The notes below the pieces were generated by a model. It made no database searches. It was not told where the DNA came from and worked only from the letters and a program-made list of their open reading frames with translations. Positions 12,377 through 26,354 of a DNA stretch of 64,000 nucleotides are shown here, in pieces; position 1 is the stretch's first letter; every line of letters begins with the position of its first letter. Origin of the DNA: Octopus vulgaris (taxonomy: Eukaryota); NCBI GenBank assembly GCA_951406725.2, contig OX597820.1, positions 64,666,001-64,730,000 on the forward strand, read 5' to 3'. Both the position numbers and the translations under genes were made by a program.

Positions 12377-13098
12377 GCATACACACACAGATATATAAAG
12401 CGAATAAAATAATGAAGTCATACAGTATAACGTATGTATTATTTAATGTATTGTGATATTTCCGTGTGAACATTTCTGTTATGGCTTTAGGGTGAAAAAA
12501 TAACATAACTTTCAGAATGATGGAAAGTTTGATTGTCATAAGAATGTTTTCTGACTCAACAAATGAATATGTTTCAAGCTCACTCGTTGTTCAGTACGGT
12601 ATATATTCAGCAACAAATCTCTCGTTTGGCGTCGATAGATCCGTTAATGTATTTGTTAAGAACGATCCAGGGTACACTTTATTAGCGGACGTGGATTTGG
12701 ATTAGCATAAGGAAATCTTTGTTGTGTTATTCTGTTTATCAGACTTATTTGCCTTGCATATTTAAGCAACAATAATTCATATGTGAAGTATGCGTCATCT
12801 GTATTGATGAGCCTTATGGAAATACTAAAATTTTAAAACTTGACATTTTAAAAGCCAAAATCCCAAATGACGGAAACATTATAGACAAATACTATAATTT
12901 TTTTTCTTATACATTCTGTACATTCCACATGGAAATATCTTTCGCACCTTTCGAAACGAAATACACAGAACAGCTCAATAGCCTCGACGTCGTCTATGTA
13001 TTTAAATGCGATATATCTTTAACCGATGCATTCTTCCAGCCAGGCCAATATACATGAAGCGAAAAAATGTGCATCACTAAATGAAGTACGGAAAGTTG

Positions 13099-13463
13099 AA
13101 GTGGCTGTGTGGTAAGTAGCTTGTTTACCAGCCATTGAGTTCCGGGTCCAGTCCCACTGGGCTCCGGAAAACTGGGACCTGGGACAAGTGTCTTCTATTA
13201 TAGCCTAAGGCCGACCAAAGCCTTGTGACTGGATTTGGTAGACGGAAACTGAAAGCAGCCTGCCGTATATGTGTGTGTGTGTGTTTGTTTGTATATGCTT
13301 GTTCCCCATCACAATATCGCTTGACAACCGATGCTGGTGTGTTCCTGTCACCGTAACTTAGCGGTTAGTCCAAAGAAAGTACTAGGCTTACAAAGAATAA
13401 GTCCTAGGGTCGATTTGCTTGACTACATGGAGGCAGTCAAATGAATGAAACAAGTAAAAGAAT
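13099..13463 (+). mobile_element. SINE family B
   Basis: GTGGCTGTGTGGTAAG head, GGCCGACCAAAGCCTTGTGA..GGATTTGGTAGACGGAAACTGAAAG core, tail AAACAAGTAAAAGAATA. Confidence 0.85.
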
Positions 13464-13916
13464 ATGCATATATATATATATATATATGGGAGGGTGTATG
13501 TGTACGTGTGCACATGCGTATCTGTGAGTGAGTGCGTGTATATATTTATACGTGTGTGTTTACATGTGTGTGTGTTTTACTGTATGCTCATAACGCATAA
13601 TAATTATTGGCAAAAAATGCGGGTGAATAACGAAATCAAAGGATAACTGAATATTAGTTTAAATAAATAATTGGTAAATTATGAATGGTGGATCTGTACA
13701 TCAGTTGGATAGAATAGGTAATATCTTGCTATATTGTATTGTAAATAATTTACTCTTTGTATTTTATAATTAGATATTAGAGTGCGAGATGGAATTCTTT
13801 AACTGCATTTGAGTATCTACGTTATTTATTGTTACATCATTTTGTTAGTGATATATTTATGTGTCAGTATTTATTTATGTATGTATGTGTATATTTAAGT
13901 ACATACATTCATACAT

Positions 13917-13995
<79 letters not shown>

Positions 13996-14795
13996 TGTAT
14001 ATTAATACGTAAACACAAACACACACGCCATCCATAATAGAATAGACATAGACAAATATAATATACTGTCTGATTTTAATTATAGTATGTGTGGAATCTT
14101 TAAAGCCTATATACACGCATAACTGTTACTGAGAACAATATGCTCTTTTCTGTATGATATATTATCTGTCAAATCTCCATGATTATTCTTTGTAAACAAA
14201 ATTGCAGACTTGTTCTACTGTAGGCATTATAATACTTTTGACAATAATATGAAAATACTTTAATACATACAGTAAAAAATATTTTTAGTGGATAATTTAA
14301 CTTCTGAAATCAATTCACTATAAAATTATAGTGATGTTTGTGAACAAATACATTAACGTAATGTGAAAACAATTAGTTTCCCACGCCTCAAAATGTTCAG
14401 TCATGTACATTTAACTGGCAATACAAACTACTCAAATAGTAGAGGCAATGTTTAGCGAATGAGGTCTGAATTAGATAAACAAATGCCCAGTTATATTTTC
14501 TGTACCTGTACAAAAATTCCATTAATAATCATCTCTATTTTAGTCTTTTACTTGTTTCAATTGCTAGACAGAAGCCAATCTTGAGTTCCACCTTCAAACT
14601 TTTATAGGTAACACGAGCATTTCATTTTTAAAGAGTGATTATTCTTTCATAGAATATTTTTTTCGGTGTTCCAACTTACATAGACTTAAATACATAGCAA
14701 CCGTGCTCAAGTGCAGTTACATACCCCAACACATATAGCTATATGTGTGTGTGTGTGTGTGCCTCTATTCGTGAGTGTATATATATGTGTACGTA

Positions 14796-15002
<207 letters not shown>

Positions 15003-15226
15003 CTCAAACGTAACGTATTAGACGGTATGAAAATAGAATTGAAGAGAGTGTGGATTGATCTTCAAACTACGTGATTGCAAAGAGAAATTTCAAACCACAC
15101 AGCCATGGCTACGCTTATGTTCTTCTAATTTTGATCACTATACATTGATTTAGAATAGACCTTCAACCGGACTTGTCTGTTTATTTCTAATTATCTTTAA
15201 ACTGCTTCAAATATTAAGTATGGTGT

Positions 15227-15443
15227 AAGATAGAGAGCTGACACAATCGTTGGCCTGCAAGACTCAAAGCTTACTGGCATTTCGTCCGTTCTTTACGTTG
15301 TAATTTCAAATTCCGCCGCGATCGATCTAACCTTTAATGCTTTCGAGATCGATAAAATAAGTACCAGTCGAGCACTGGAATCGGTATAATCGACTTGCTC
15401 CTACGCCTATATTGCTGGCATTGTGCCAAATTTTGAGACCAAT
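15227..15443 (+). mobile_element. SINE family A, diverged
   Basis: TTCAAATTCCGCCG...GATAAAATAAGTACCAG core. Confidence 0.75.
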
Positions 15444-16418
15444 ATAAATAATATATTACAAATGCGAGAAAACTCGATAACGGAACAATGAGAGGAAAAA
15501 ATGACTTCGAGGTGTTTTCAAATTACAGCATAAAAAGTGTTTACTTCCTGTTTCTCTCGACTATGCCTCTCAGCTTAACTTATACATTCAAAGGGTGTAG
15601 GACCTTCGTCCAAAAGAGTTAACCATTAAATCTGCTCATAGAATCATAGAACTGGACAACGAATTTGTGAGGAAGACATTCCTCAAAGACCTAACAGATT
15701 CAGGCATACCAATATCTTGGAGTGATTCTTTCCTTCTGAAAGAAAGACAGGCAAAGTTGGTATCAGTAAAAGTTGAACACAGGGAGCAGCTATTCGAAAG
15801 GTATACAGCTGATACTCTATCCAACACTTTAACGAATATTTCAGCTCTTTTCTGCCTTATGCTATTGATTAATGACTAAAGTGTTGCACTGAGTCAGCGC
15901 TATTGAGTTGTGATGTGATATACTAAATATATTAAACTGTATATTAAACATACGTCTGTCAACTTATTCACAATTTAGAACATCGACTGTCAATTATGTA
16001 CACATGGAATTGACATTTAAGATGTACACAGCACTAGATTAGAGAATGTTCTGTAGCGGGAGTTATGTAATTATATTTAAGAACAAAAATCTGCTTCTTG
16101 AACGACAGAGATTGAATATTTGACTGTTGGATGCCATATATCGCGGGTCTACTGAGATCAAGAACAACAGAGATTACAACTATTGTGTGTGACAAATAAA
16201 TATCTCACGTATCAGCACAACAGTAACGACCTCCAACTACATTGTTCCTGGAGAGAGCATTATGTTTTCATGAAGTTTACCTCCTCTGAGTTCCTTATGT
16301 CTGAGCCATCTCAATCTATCTATGAAGCAATCTGACGATTAATCTATCTATCTGTGTGTATGCATGTATATATATAGCCACACAGCCACACACAAGCATG
16401 CACTATATATATACACAA

Positions 16419-16424
<6 letters not shown>

Positions 16425-16457
<33 letters not shown>

Positions 16458-16466
16458 TAGATAGAG

Positions 16467-16538
<72 letters not shown>

Positions 16539-16586
16539 TGGTTGATTGATTGATTGATTGATTGATTGATAGATACATAGATAGAT
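16425..16586. repeat. (TA)n(GATA)n(GATT)n microsatellite
   Basis: Seen directly. Confidence 0.97.
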
Positions 16587-17399
16587 AATGACACACACAT
16601 GTATATAGTGCATATACCTACATACATATATGTATGTGTACCATTATCTATATTTATACTTACATATATAATCGAGCGAACAAGCAATCAAAACGGCCGT
16701 GGCACCCAAAACATATAGTTTGAATTGTTGCTTCAAGTTTTGTGGCCGTAAAAGAACGTGCAGCTCCTTAGGCATTCTGAGGCAATGTGAAGAGGAAAAC
16801 AAAACGCTATCTTTATAACAAAGAAAACTTAAACCACCATTCGTCAGTTCAGCTCAAGTTGTGATTACACAGGGAAATCGGGACTTACATGTCGATTATT
16901 CATGAATTGTAATATTTGTTGCATCAATTGCTGAAGGCATGGGATAGTAAAGAAAGAATTCTACTGAACATAGAAAATCCAACATTCAATAGTCAGTTAC
17001 AGTCGTGCATCCACAAATGAATTAACGTCAACATATGAATACCACGTCGTGCAGTTCTCGGATTAGATGATAGTGGCACGTCTGCTAGATCATGGAATTG
17101 CAGAATTGTAGGGTTGTAAACACTTTACGGGCTACCTGCATGGTATAGCCCGGCCTTGGGATTATCCGTGATATATGGCTTGGAATATTTTAAATGTGCA
17201 TGTCTTTTCTATTAACGGATATCTCACGCTGTTGGGTTATATGCAATCTTTCTCGGAAACAAAATTGGCAATAGTGGCTAAGGTGAGACCTTGACGAGAA
17301 TACTCCATGTAATGTTGGTGTCAGATATGGCTGCGGCCACAGAGTTTTCAGATGAACCGGAACAGGCCATGGATAATATTTGGTTGGACCGCAAGGGCG

Positions 17400-17595
17400 T
17401 CTTCCGAATTTTGAGGCTATCTATAACACTTAACATCAACTTAACAGACGTCGAATTCCTAGATATTATGCTAGACCTCAAGACAAGCACTTAATACTTC
17501 TACAGAAACCTCAAACAAGGAAGCGCTTATTTTCATAATCATTTCAGCTACCCTGGCTTCAGGTATCAACAGGAGAATATCCAACTTATCATCAC
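17400..17595 (+). pseudogene. Penelope-like RT remnant
   Basis: LSITLNINLTDVEFLDIMLDLKTST*YFYR...GINRRISNLSS matches the PLE RT C-terminal pattern (FLDV.L.L...YRKP...INRRIS.LSS). Confidence 0.7.
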
Positions 17596-17787
17596 CTCGA
17601 GCTATTGAAATTAAAAGATAATTTGAAATTTTGCTATTCTATGAAGTAGAGACGTTTTTAAATTATTGTCTATTAAATTGTCGCTAACACTCACGACAAT
17701 CTTGAAACATAAGATAAAATTCATTCATATTTCTAGCAGAGAGGTTGGTGACGCATAAGCGCCATGCTGGCTTATTAATTTAATATA

Positions 17788-18685
17788 TATCGGGTCATCC
17801 CATAACTTATGCGGCCTTTTCAATAGCATGAGCTAAAAAACGGAGTGGGGCGGGATAAACTACCTGCACCAACTTGCTATAAAAGCAGGTAGTAATTTAA
17901 ACTTGTACTGCGTCTTAGCGCAAGTTTTGAAGAGTGCAGTTCGATTTTAACAGTTATTTTATCGGCACCAACAGTAGTTCCAGAAATTCCGAGCCGGAAA
18001 CCACAGACTAGAAGACGAGCCTCATCCTCGAAGATCTGGAGTGCTCCAGGAGGACGTCCTGTAAATTCTGGTGGAACAAAATTCCATCGTAACGGCAGAG
18101 AAACTAGCAGGGAAGCTTCGATTTGGTCATTCAACTATTCAGTGACACCTGCATCCCATCGGTAAAGTCAGAGAAGTAGGTCAATGGGTTCCTCACAAAC
18201 TTTCCTAGTCTAATCACACGTAGAGAGTGAATATGTTCTCTTCTTTGCTGCCACATCTCACAAATGAATCATTTTTGAACCGAATAGTGCACAGTGATAA
18301 GAAATGGGTTTTCTTTTAAAATGTCAAGCACCGAAGACAATGGGTAGGGAATGGACAAAGAACGGTACCCCAGGATAAAGAGGGTCTTCACCTACGTAAC
18401 GTGTTATTTGTTTAGTGGGATATGAAAGGTTTACTCCACTTTGAACTTTTAGACCCATGCCAAATGATAACAAAAGAGATTTTTCTGCGAGCAGCTTGAG
18501 CGGCTCAAGTCGCTGCTAGAAGAAAAACAACCATCTTTGGTTTTAAGACGAAAGTGTTCTTCCATCAGGATAATGCCAGGCCATATACAGCGAGGATGAC
18601 ATTCCAAAGGCTGGAGCAGTTTCAATGGGAAAGGATGTCCCACCCACTCTATTCGCCGGACATTGCCCGATCTGATTGTCATTTA
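17788..18685 (+). mobile_element. Decayed mariner transposon, 3'-truncated
   Basis: TA-flanked start TCGGGTCATCCCATAA; FLNRIVHSDKKWV (TGDEKW-like), WDMKG, FHQDNARP and HPLYSPDIARSD. Confidence 0.9.
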
Positions 18686-18711
18686 TTGTAAATATCGATT
18701 TATAAAATTCA

Positions 18712-19070
18712 GTGAATTTTAGATTTAAATGTAACAATACAATGGATTAATAAAAATTTGATATGATAAATCATTAAAAGGGCGTGCTAAAATACCATGA
18801 TTCTAATACAAAAATTTAAATATCCATCTACGGCCAGTTTCAGAGACGTGCCAAATAATATTATATAAGTCATATTTTTGAAACTGACACTCCCCTCATC
18901 AGGATGTTTTAACACAGTACAGAAAAAACAAAAAAATACAGAAATACAATTATACAATTTCATACCAGCCACTCGAAGTTTTCATGGTATTTTAGCACGT
19001 ACTTTTAATGTTTTATCACATAGAATTTTTATTATACCATTGTATTATAACTTTTAAATCTAAAATTCAC
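18712..19070 (-). mobile_element. Penelope-type non-autonomous element with inverted terminal arms
   Basis: Imperfect inverted arms 18712-18800 / 18982-19070 enclose a hammerhead. Confidence 0.7.
18825..18906 (-). ncRNA. Minimal type I hammerhead ribozyme motif, intact core
   Basis: CATC-CTGATGA-[GGGGAGTGTCA...TGGCACGTCTCT]-GAAAC-TGGCC-GT-A-GATG: 4-bp stem I, full core, GUA cleavage triplet. Confidence 0.75.
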
Positions 19071-19247
19071 CGCGTCTTATATATTAATATTTATCTCTTT
19101 ATATGTATTTTTATAATTATATATCTGGAATTAGTATATCCGTTTTATAAATGTAGAAGAATATAGGTATATATTTGATTTTGTGTGTGGCCATTAACTA
19201 CGTCCCTCTAGTTTCTGCTTGTATTGCCTCCATTCAGATTATTAAGC

Positions 19248-19250
<3 letters not shown>

Positions 19251-19307
<57 letters not shown>

Positions 19308-19352
19308 ATACTGAATGGAGGCAATATGCTTGTATTGCCTCCATTCAGATTA

Positions 19353-19448
<96 letters not shown>

Positions 19449-19515
19449 CATATATATATATATATGTATGTATGTATTTATGTGTGTGAGTGTGTGTATG
19501 TATGTTTATGCATAC

Positions 19516-19566
<51 letters not shown>

Positions 19567-19575
19567 TATACATAT
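19251..19575. repeat. (TA)n-rich microsatellite cluster
   Basis: Seen directly. Confidence 0.95.
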
Positions 19576-20173
19576 ACAATATATGTATGTGTCTCTACGC
19601 ATAATAATACACATTGTAAAAGAGAAACAACATTCACGGTAAAATGGAAAGCAGGGTAGTGAAGGTAATCCTTAATGTATACACACCCAAAATAATAAAA
19701 TATTTTGCCCGTTGTAAAAACAATCCGGATCTATCAATATATTTGCTAATAAGATACAGTCATTATTTAGATAGATCGTTTATATCATTTACTGCTCTGC
19801 TTTTTGCACAAATCTAGCAGGAACACTCTTCTCGCTTGTCAGCTATTTCCATCTATATATTTGATGATAAATCTTCATTTTGCAGGCGCTAATTGTGCAC
19901 GCACATAGAGAAAACAGACATGTACAAATACACCAGGCTACAATCACACGCGCCAAAAAGGTTCACACATTTATGCGTGGTCATCCATCCATACATACAC
20001 ATATACACAAATACTCACACATACACACACATATATATACGTATGTGTGTATGTGTATATGTTTGTATGTGTACATTCCATACATTATTACCAGGAAAAC
20101 ATTTACTCCGATGATATATATATAGATATACACACATAAAAACAAGCAAGCAAACACACGCAAACACGCGCGG

Positions 20174-20211
<38 letters not shown>

Positions 20212-21167
20212 ACACACACACACACACACATATTATCTATTTATTTTGCTGTGTGTTATTGTATTGATGTAGGTGTGTGTATGAAATTCTTTCATTCTAA
20301 AAATATACATACACAAATACGCACTTTCTTACATGCATAAAAAAATGAAATACCCATGCATAATATCACACATCTACAGCGAAACATCTACAGAGATACA
20401 GTATGCAGCTACATACGCAAAGTCATCTACCCCAGTTTCTCATTGACCATTGGTCACGCAATCTAGCAACTAATAACAAACCCAGATCCACCTCATTTAG
20501 ACTCATTTCACTAAGTAAAAATTCATCAATTTTTATTTATGGTTACAATGAAACACAATCTCTGTTCTGTATGTATATATATATATATATATGGGGCTGC
20601 TTAAGCCATGAAACTTAAGAACCTAACATTTCTCTGCAACTATAAACACTATTTCTACTGATCTGCTACTACCTGCCGAGCCTTCACAAAGGAAAAGACT
20701 GAGGCACAGACAATAGAAATATTTGCAATACATTTCATTTAATTTTCTCTCCAGTTTAATTTTCTTGTTTTAATCTTCGTTGCAAAGGACAAACAGTCTG
20801 AAACCGGTACTTACCTTTACAAATTGCATTTCATGATAAAACGTCTTTAACATTTTCTACTTGTCATATTTTCCTTATATATACAAAGCATGGGGTTTAG
20901 CTCACAGGTAATCAAAATGATCAGGTATGTTAGGTAAGTACTGTAACGGATTACTAAGGCTCAAATTTTATAGGCCAGAGGGTAGTTATGCACCCAATGC
21001 AAATTACCGTATACGACCTGAAATGCTTCCCTTGCTTTAAAGTTTGTTGTCCTCGTTAACAATTTTATATATGTATATATATATAATATTAAGGTTAGAA
21101 AGTGATGTTAATGAATTAAAACCAGTGGCGTAGCATATTTAAAAATCTGAAGATTAAAAATTGTTAC

Positions 21168-21352
21168 ATACAAAATTAAGAGGAATGAACACTAAAATAG
21201 ACACCCTATATGCTAAACATAGACGTCAAATCGCCAAAATGGCATTTGCTGGGATATTTTTCTTGAGAACATATTCTTCGTGGTAATGGCGATTTGACGT
21301 CTATGTTTAGCATATAGGGTGTCCACTTTAGTGGTCATTCTTCTTAATTTTG

Positions 21353-21355
<3 letters not shown>
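21168..21355. repeat. 69-bp-arm inverted repeat
   Basis: Arms 21168-21236 / 21287-21355; the inner 37 bp are perfectly complementary. Confidence 0.9.
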
Positions 21356-21408
<53 letters not shown>

Positions 21409-21441
21409 AGTGTATGCATGTGTGCGATCTCTATCTACCTA

Positions 21442-21860
<419 letters not shown>

Positions 21861-21917
21861 TCTACCAAATTAGTTAGAAATCTAAATGTACTAGCAGAAA
21901 ACCCGTATTCATATATT

Positions 21918-22808
21918 CTTTTTTACTCTAGGCACAAAGTCCGAAATTTTGGGGGAGCGGGCAGTCGATTAGATCGACCTCAGTACGCAACTGGTACTTA
22001 ATTTATCGACACTGAAAGGATGAAAGGCAAAATCGACCTCAGCGAAATTTGAACTCAGAATATAAAGACAGACAAAATACCTATTTCTTTACTACCCACA
22101 AGGGGCTAAACGCAGAGAGGACAAACAAGGACAGACAAACGGATTAAATCGATTAGAAATCTAAATGAACTAGCAGAAAACTCGTATTCATATATTCTTT
22201 TTTACTCTAGGCACAAAGTCCGACATTTTGGGGGAGCGGGCAGTCGATTAGATCGACCTCAGTACGCAACTGGTACTTAATTTATCGACACTGAAAGGAT
22301 GAAAGGCAACATCGATCTCAGTGAAATTTGAACTCAGAATATAAAGACAGACAAAATACTTATTTCTTTACTACCCACAAGGGGCTAAACACAGAGTTCA
22401 AACAAGGACAGGCAAACGGATTAAATCGATTATATTGACCCCAGTGCGTAACTGGTACTTAATTTATCGACCTCGAAAAGAGGAAAGGCAAAGTTGAACT
22501 CGGCGGATTTTGAACTCAGAACGTAAAGGCAGACAAAATACCGCTCAGCGTTTCACCCTGCGTGATAAGGTTTCTGTCAGCTCTCTGCCTTAGAATCTTT
22601 TCTACTCTTAGCACAAGGCCCAACATTTGGGGGCAGGGGGCCAGTCGATTAGATCGACCCCAGTACGCAACTGGTACTTAATTTATCAACGACGAAAGGA
22701 TAAAAAGCAAAGTCGACCATAGCAAAAATTGAACTCAGAACATAGACAGATGAAATACGGTTAAGCATTTCACCCAGCGGGCTAACATTTCTGTCAGCGC
22801 ACCGCCTT
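21918..22808 (-). mobile_element. Chain of four family A SINE core units including a 279-bp tandem duplication
   Basis: CTGGTACTTAATTTATC occurs four times; SINE heads end near 22590 and 22808. Confidence 0.88.
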
Positions 22809-23250
22809 ACTATGTAAGCATATATTGTTATCTAACAATGAGATACATTATAAGACTGAGAGCCTAAGTGTTGATTGATATAATGAAGGCCTGAATGTCA
22901 GATAAATTTAAATCTTTATTTTTTTTCTGTGAATAATAAGCAATAAATTAATTGAAAAATTATTAGTAGCTGGATTTCGTGGCCAATGGCCAATGATAAA
23001 CAGGAATAGATGACATTGATATGCCTTGCGTAAATACGTGTATACTGTATTTCTTTAAATATTAAACTGTAGATATATGAATTTATGCATGAGTAATGTT
23101 ATTCTATACTTCAGTAAATGCATTTGTGTGCATATTTCTGCGTGTGTGTATAAAATGACAACGTTACACTTAATCACATATATTCATACAACAATCCACT
23201 GATAACGATATATGTATGCTTGCGTATATATACGCATACATATCTATACA

Positions 23251-23283
<33 letters not shown>

Positions 23284-23314
23284 GTATGTATTATATACAT
23301 CGATATGTATGTAC

Positions 23315-23345
<31 letters not shown>

Positions 23346-25371
23346 ATGAATGTAGTGTACATACAAACGCACACAAACCCATACATATATATTATATTAC
23401 ATTATATTATATTTTAAATTATTCACTAAGCAAAACTGTTTTCTATGAGTGGCTAGTTGTTAGCGATCTATTTTCTGGCCGTAACAAAAAGGCTTCGAAT
23501 TCTGGTAACGACAGTTGACTACTTTAACGAATTTAATATAATACATATAATTATTTTCCTCATTTTAGATGTATGTTGAAGTGGGTTGTCAATATGAACG
23601 ATTTGAATGCACTAAGAATTTTGAAAGCAGTTATTAATTTCAGCCGTAGGAGAAATTTCTGCGAGGAAATCCTTTGTTTATTGGTTAATTAACTGGTATT
23701 CAAGTATAGCTATACATATTTAATAAGAATATATGAATCGTAGGTGGAATATATGCGGAGAAAATTTGATAAGAGTAGTGAGCAGAAGTCAACGACATCA
23801 ATACATTATCATTTTTTAAAAATATGTCTAAACTATGATCAACAAGAAATATACGTTTGTTAACTTTTCTATTAGTTATACATGTTGATCTTTTAATTAG
23901 AAAATTTCTGTATTTGCTTGCAGCTATATTTACATACATATGAAATTATCTGTTTCCCGCCTGGTAAAATAGTAAAATCCAGCAAATAATCAATATGACT
24001 AAGTAATGTGTTGGATTACCAATACTGTATAACCTTTTCGAATTTATTTCCACCTGAAATTTTAAATACCAACTAGCTCATTAATCGTTTTGAAAATAAG
24101 AAATCGTTATAGTCATTCATATTTTTACCAAAGGAAATATATGAATTTGCAGATTGGTGACCTCATGGTGGTGAGACATTTACAGAAAACATAGAAATTT
24201 ACTAAAACATGAAAATAAATATTGAATATTGGAAAAAGCTTAAAAATTGTTTTTTCATACAATGAAACTAACAATGACACCCTATGTGATAATCGCTAAT
24301 TCAAATTATGAATTAAGGATACATTTATTCTGCCTTTTCATTTTCGATCGAAATACAAAATCTCAACTTGCTTATTGATCGATTGGAATTTTGAACACAT
24401 GACAGTAATTTAGATATTTTTGAAACAAATGTATCAATCTAAGATTTTGGATAAATGTTCATTATTCCACGAGAAAAGTTGTTCAATATTTTCTTTTAAA
24501 CGCTTTCTCCAAAATATGTCTCTATGCATTGTAGACAACTATGTTGAAAGGAAACTTTCAATTATATGTTTAACATTTTATTACTGCGATTTAGTATGCC
24601 CAAAACACCCTTCGCAGAAATTTGACTCTCTCGAATTCCCAGGCTTGGTTTACTAAATTTTAAGAGGTATATGAAGGCCATCAGTGCCATTCGTAATCGA
24701 AGTCCTACAAAGATCATTGTGCCTCCCCTTTTTATAGAGCTACTGAATAAGACAAAATTCATACCTATGATACAAAACAATTATAGAAATATAATATATA
24801 CGTACAAACTTCCTAACATCAAAGCCGTTTAAGTTGACACTATAAAAAAGCTCCAGTATACAGGGGTAATGACACATAACCACTAATAATTTTTAATTAT
24901 CATACATTTTGTTAAATATGTCATCTAACTTTCCCGATAGTAACTTGAATGGGATATAACTTTATGACCTTGTCGTTTTCCACAAATGATTAATGAACTA
25001 ATCTGAACAATATTTCTATCCCAGCTGTTCCAGAAACTCCAACGAATTTATCTGTCCTGTCTAGCATATAGGTAGTCCTATGATGGCTACCTCTTATGTG
25101 TTTAAGTGTATACTGTATTTATATGAATAATATATAGTCTATTCACTAAATGTTTACACGCTAGGCCACTGGTAATCGAAATTGCTAATATTTCCGATTA
25201 CCCTTTGATAATATTAATTATTAATAATTTTTTAATAATTTTCGAAATGAAAAAGTCGGCATTTTTTTTATTTATAGCCGACAGGGGGCTGTGCTTGCAC
25301 GGTAGATTTTAAAAATTTGAATGCATAAGCACGGGGATTGCCTCGTGTATATATATGTAATCTAAGATGTA

Positions 25372-25440
25372 CCTGCTGAAGAAGGATACGCCTAGCAAAT
25401 TATATTATTTGCTAAAAAAGTCTGAAACCATTTGTCTAGG
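25372..25440 (+). ncRNA. Minimal hammerhead ribozyme motif
   Basis: CCTG-CTGAAGA-A-GGAT..TAGCAAAT tatatt ATTTGCTA..GTCT-GAAAC-CATTT-GT-C-TAGG; GUC triplet. Confidence 0.65.
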
Positions 25441-25845
25441 AGTTAGACGTTAAATGTTTTTTTTAATTTTTCATTCACTTCAAATTTTATCTCTAATAGT
25501 GGTTCAGAATGTAACTGTCCTGTCTAGCGTGTAGGCAATCCTATGAAGAAACCCTCTTATGTGTCTAAAGGCACACTGCATATATATATATAAACTTAAT
25601 AATTTCGAAGGGAAATGGAAATTAATAGAAATTTTCACTTCTAGTGGTCTAGCGTGTAAAAATTCAATCAAAAATCTATGTATTACTCATAAAATACAGT
25701 GTACATTTAAACAAAATTGGGAATAAAATTCGACAGCAATCCTGTCAAATTTTATCTCCAATTTTGTGGTTATAGAACTTAGCTGTTCTTTCTAACGTGT
25801 TGAATCCTACAGTGGATTCATTATGTGTTTAAATGTACACTGTAT

Positions 25846-25896
<51 letters not shown>

Positions 25897-25897
<1 letters not shown>

Positions 25898-26073
25898 GAA
25901 CACAAAGGAAGTCGCGGTACACGTGTTTCAAGCTTTATAAAACAACTTATTCTTACCAATTGCATGCGGTTGAAGATAGCTTTAAACCATCTGTTATGTC
26001 GATTATACATTGATGTAAGAATAAGTTGTTTTATAAAGCTTGAAACACGTGTACCGCGACACCTTTGTGTTCT
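25897..26073 (+). mobile_element. Penelope-type end with inverted duplication and hammerhead (25966-26057, C3U variant)
   Basis: Arms 25897-25960 / 26009-26073; GCGG-TTGAAGA-T-AGCTTTA...TAAAGCT-T-GAAAC-ACGT-GT-A-CCGC. Confidence 0.7.
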
Positions 26074-26169
26074 GTTTTTTTTTATTTCATTTGATAAATA
26101 TATCCTCTCACCTCTGCTACTAGCTGGCATATACAGGTGCTTACATTTTTCAAGTATTCACCCTGAATT

Positions 26170-26246
<77 letters not shown>

Positions 26247-26354
26247 ATCACGTGACCGACCAGACCATCAGATGTTGCTACACATCGCTGGTCACAATGC
26301 GTTCGCATTGTTTTAGCCTTCGAATGACACCACCCCGCTGGCTAAGCGAGCAGG

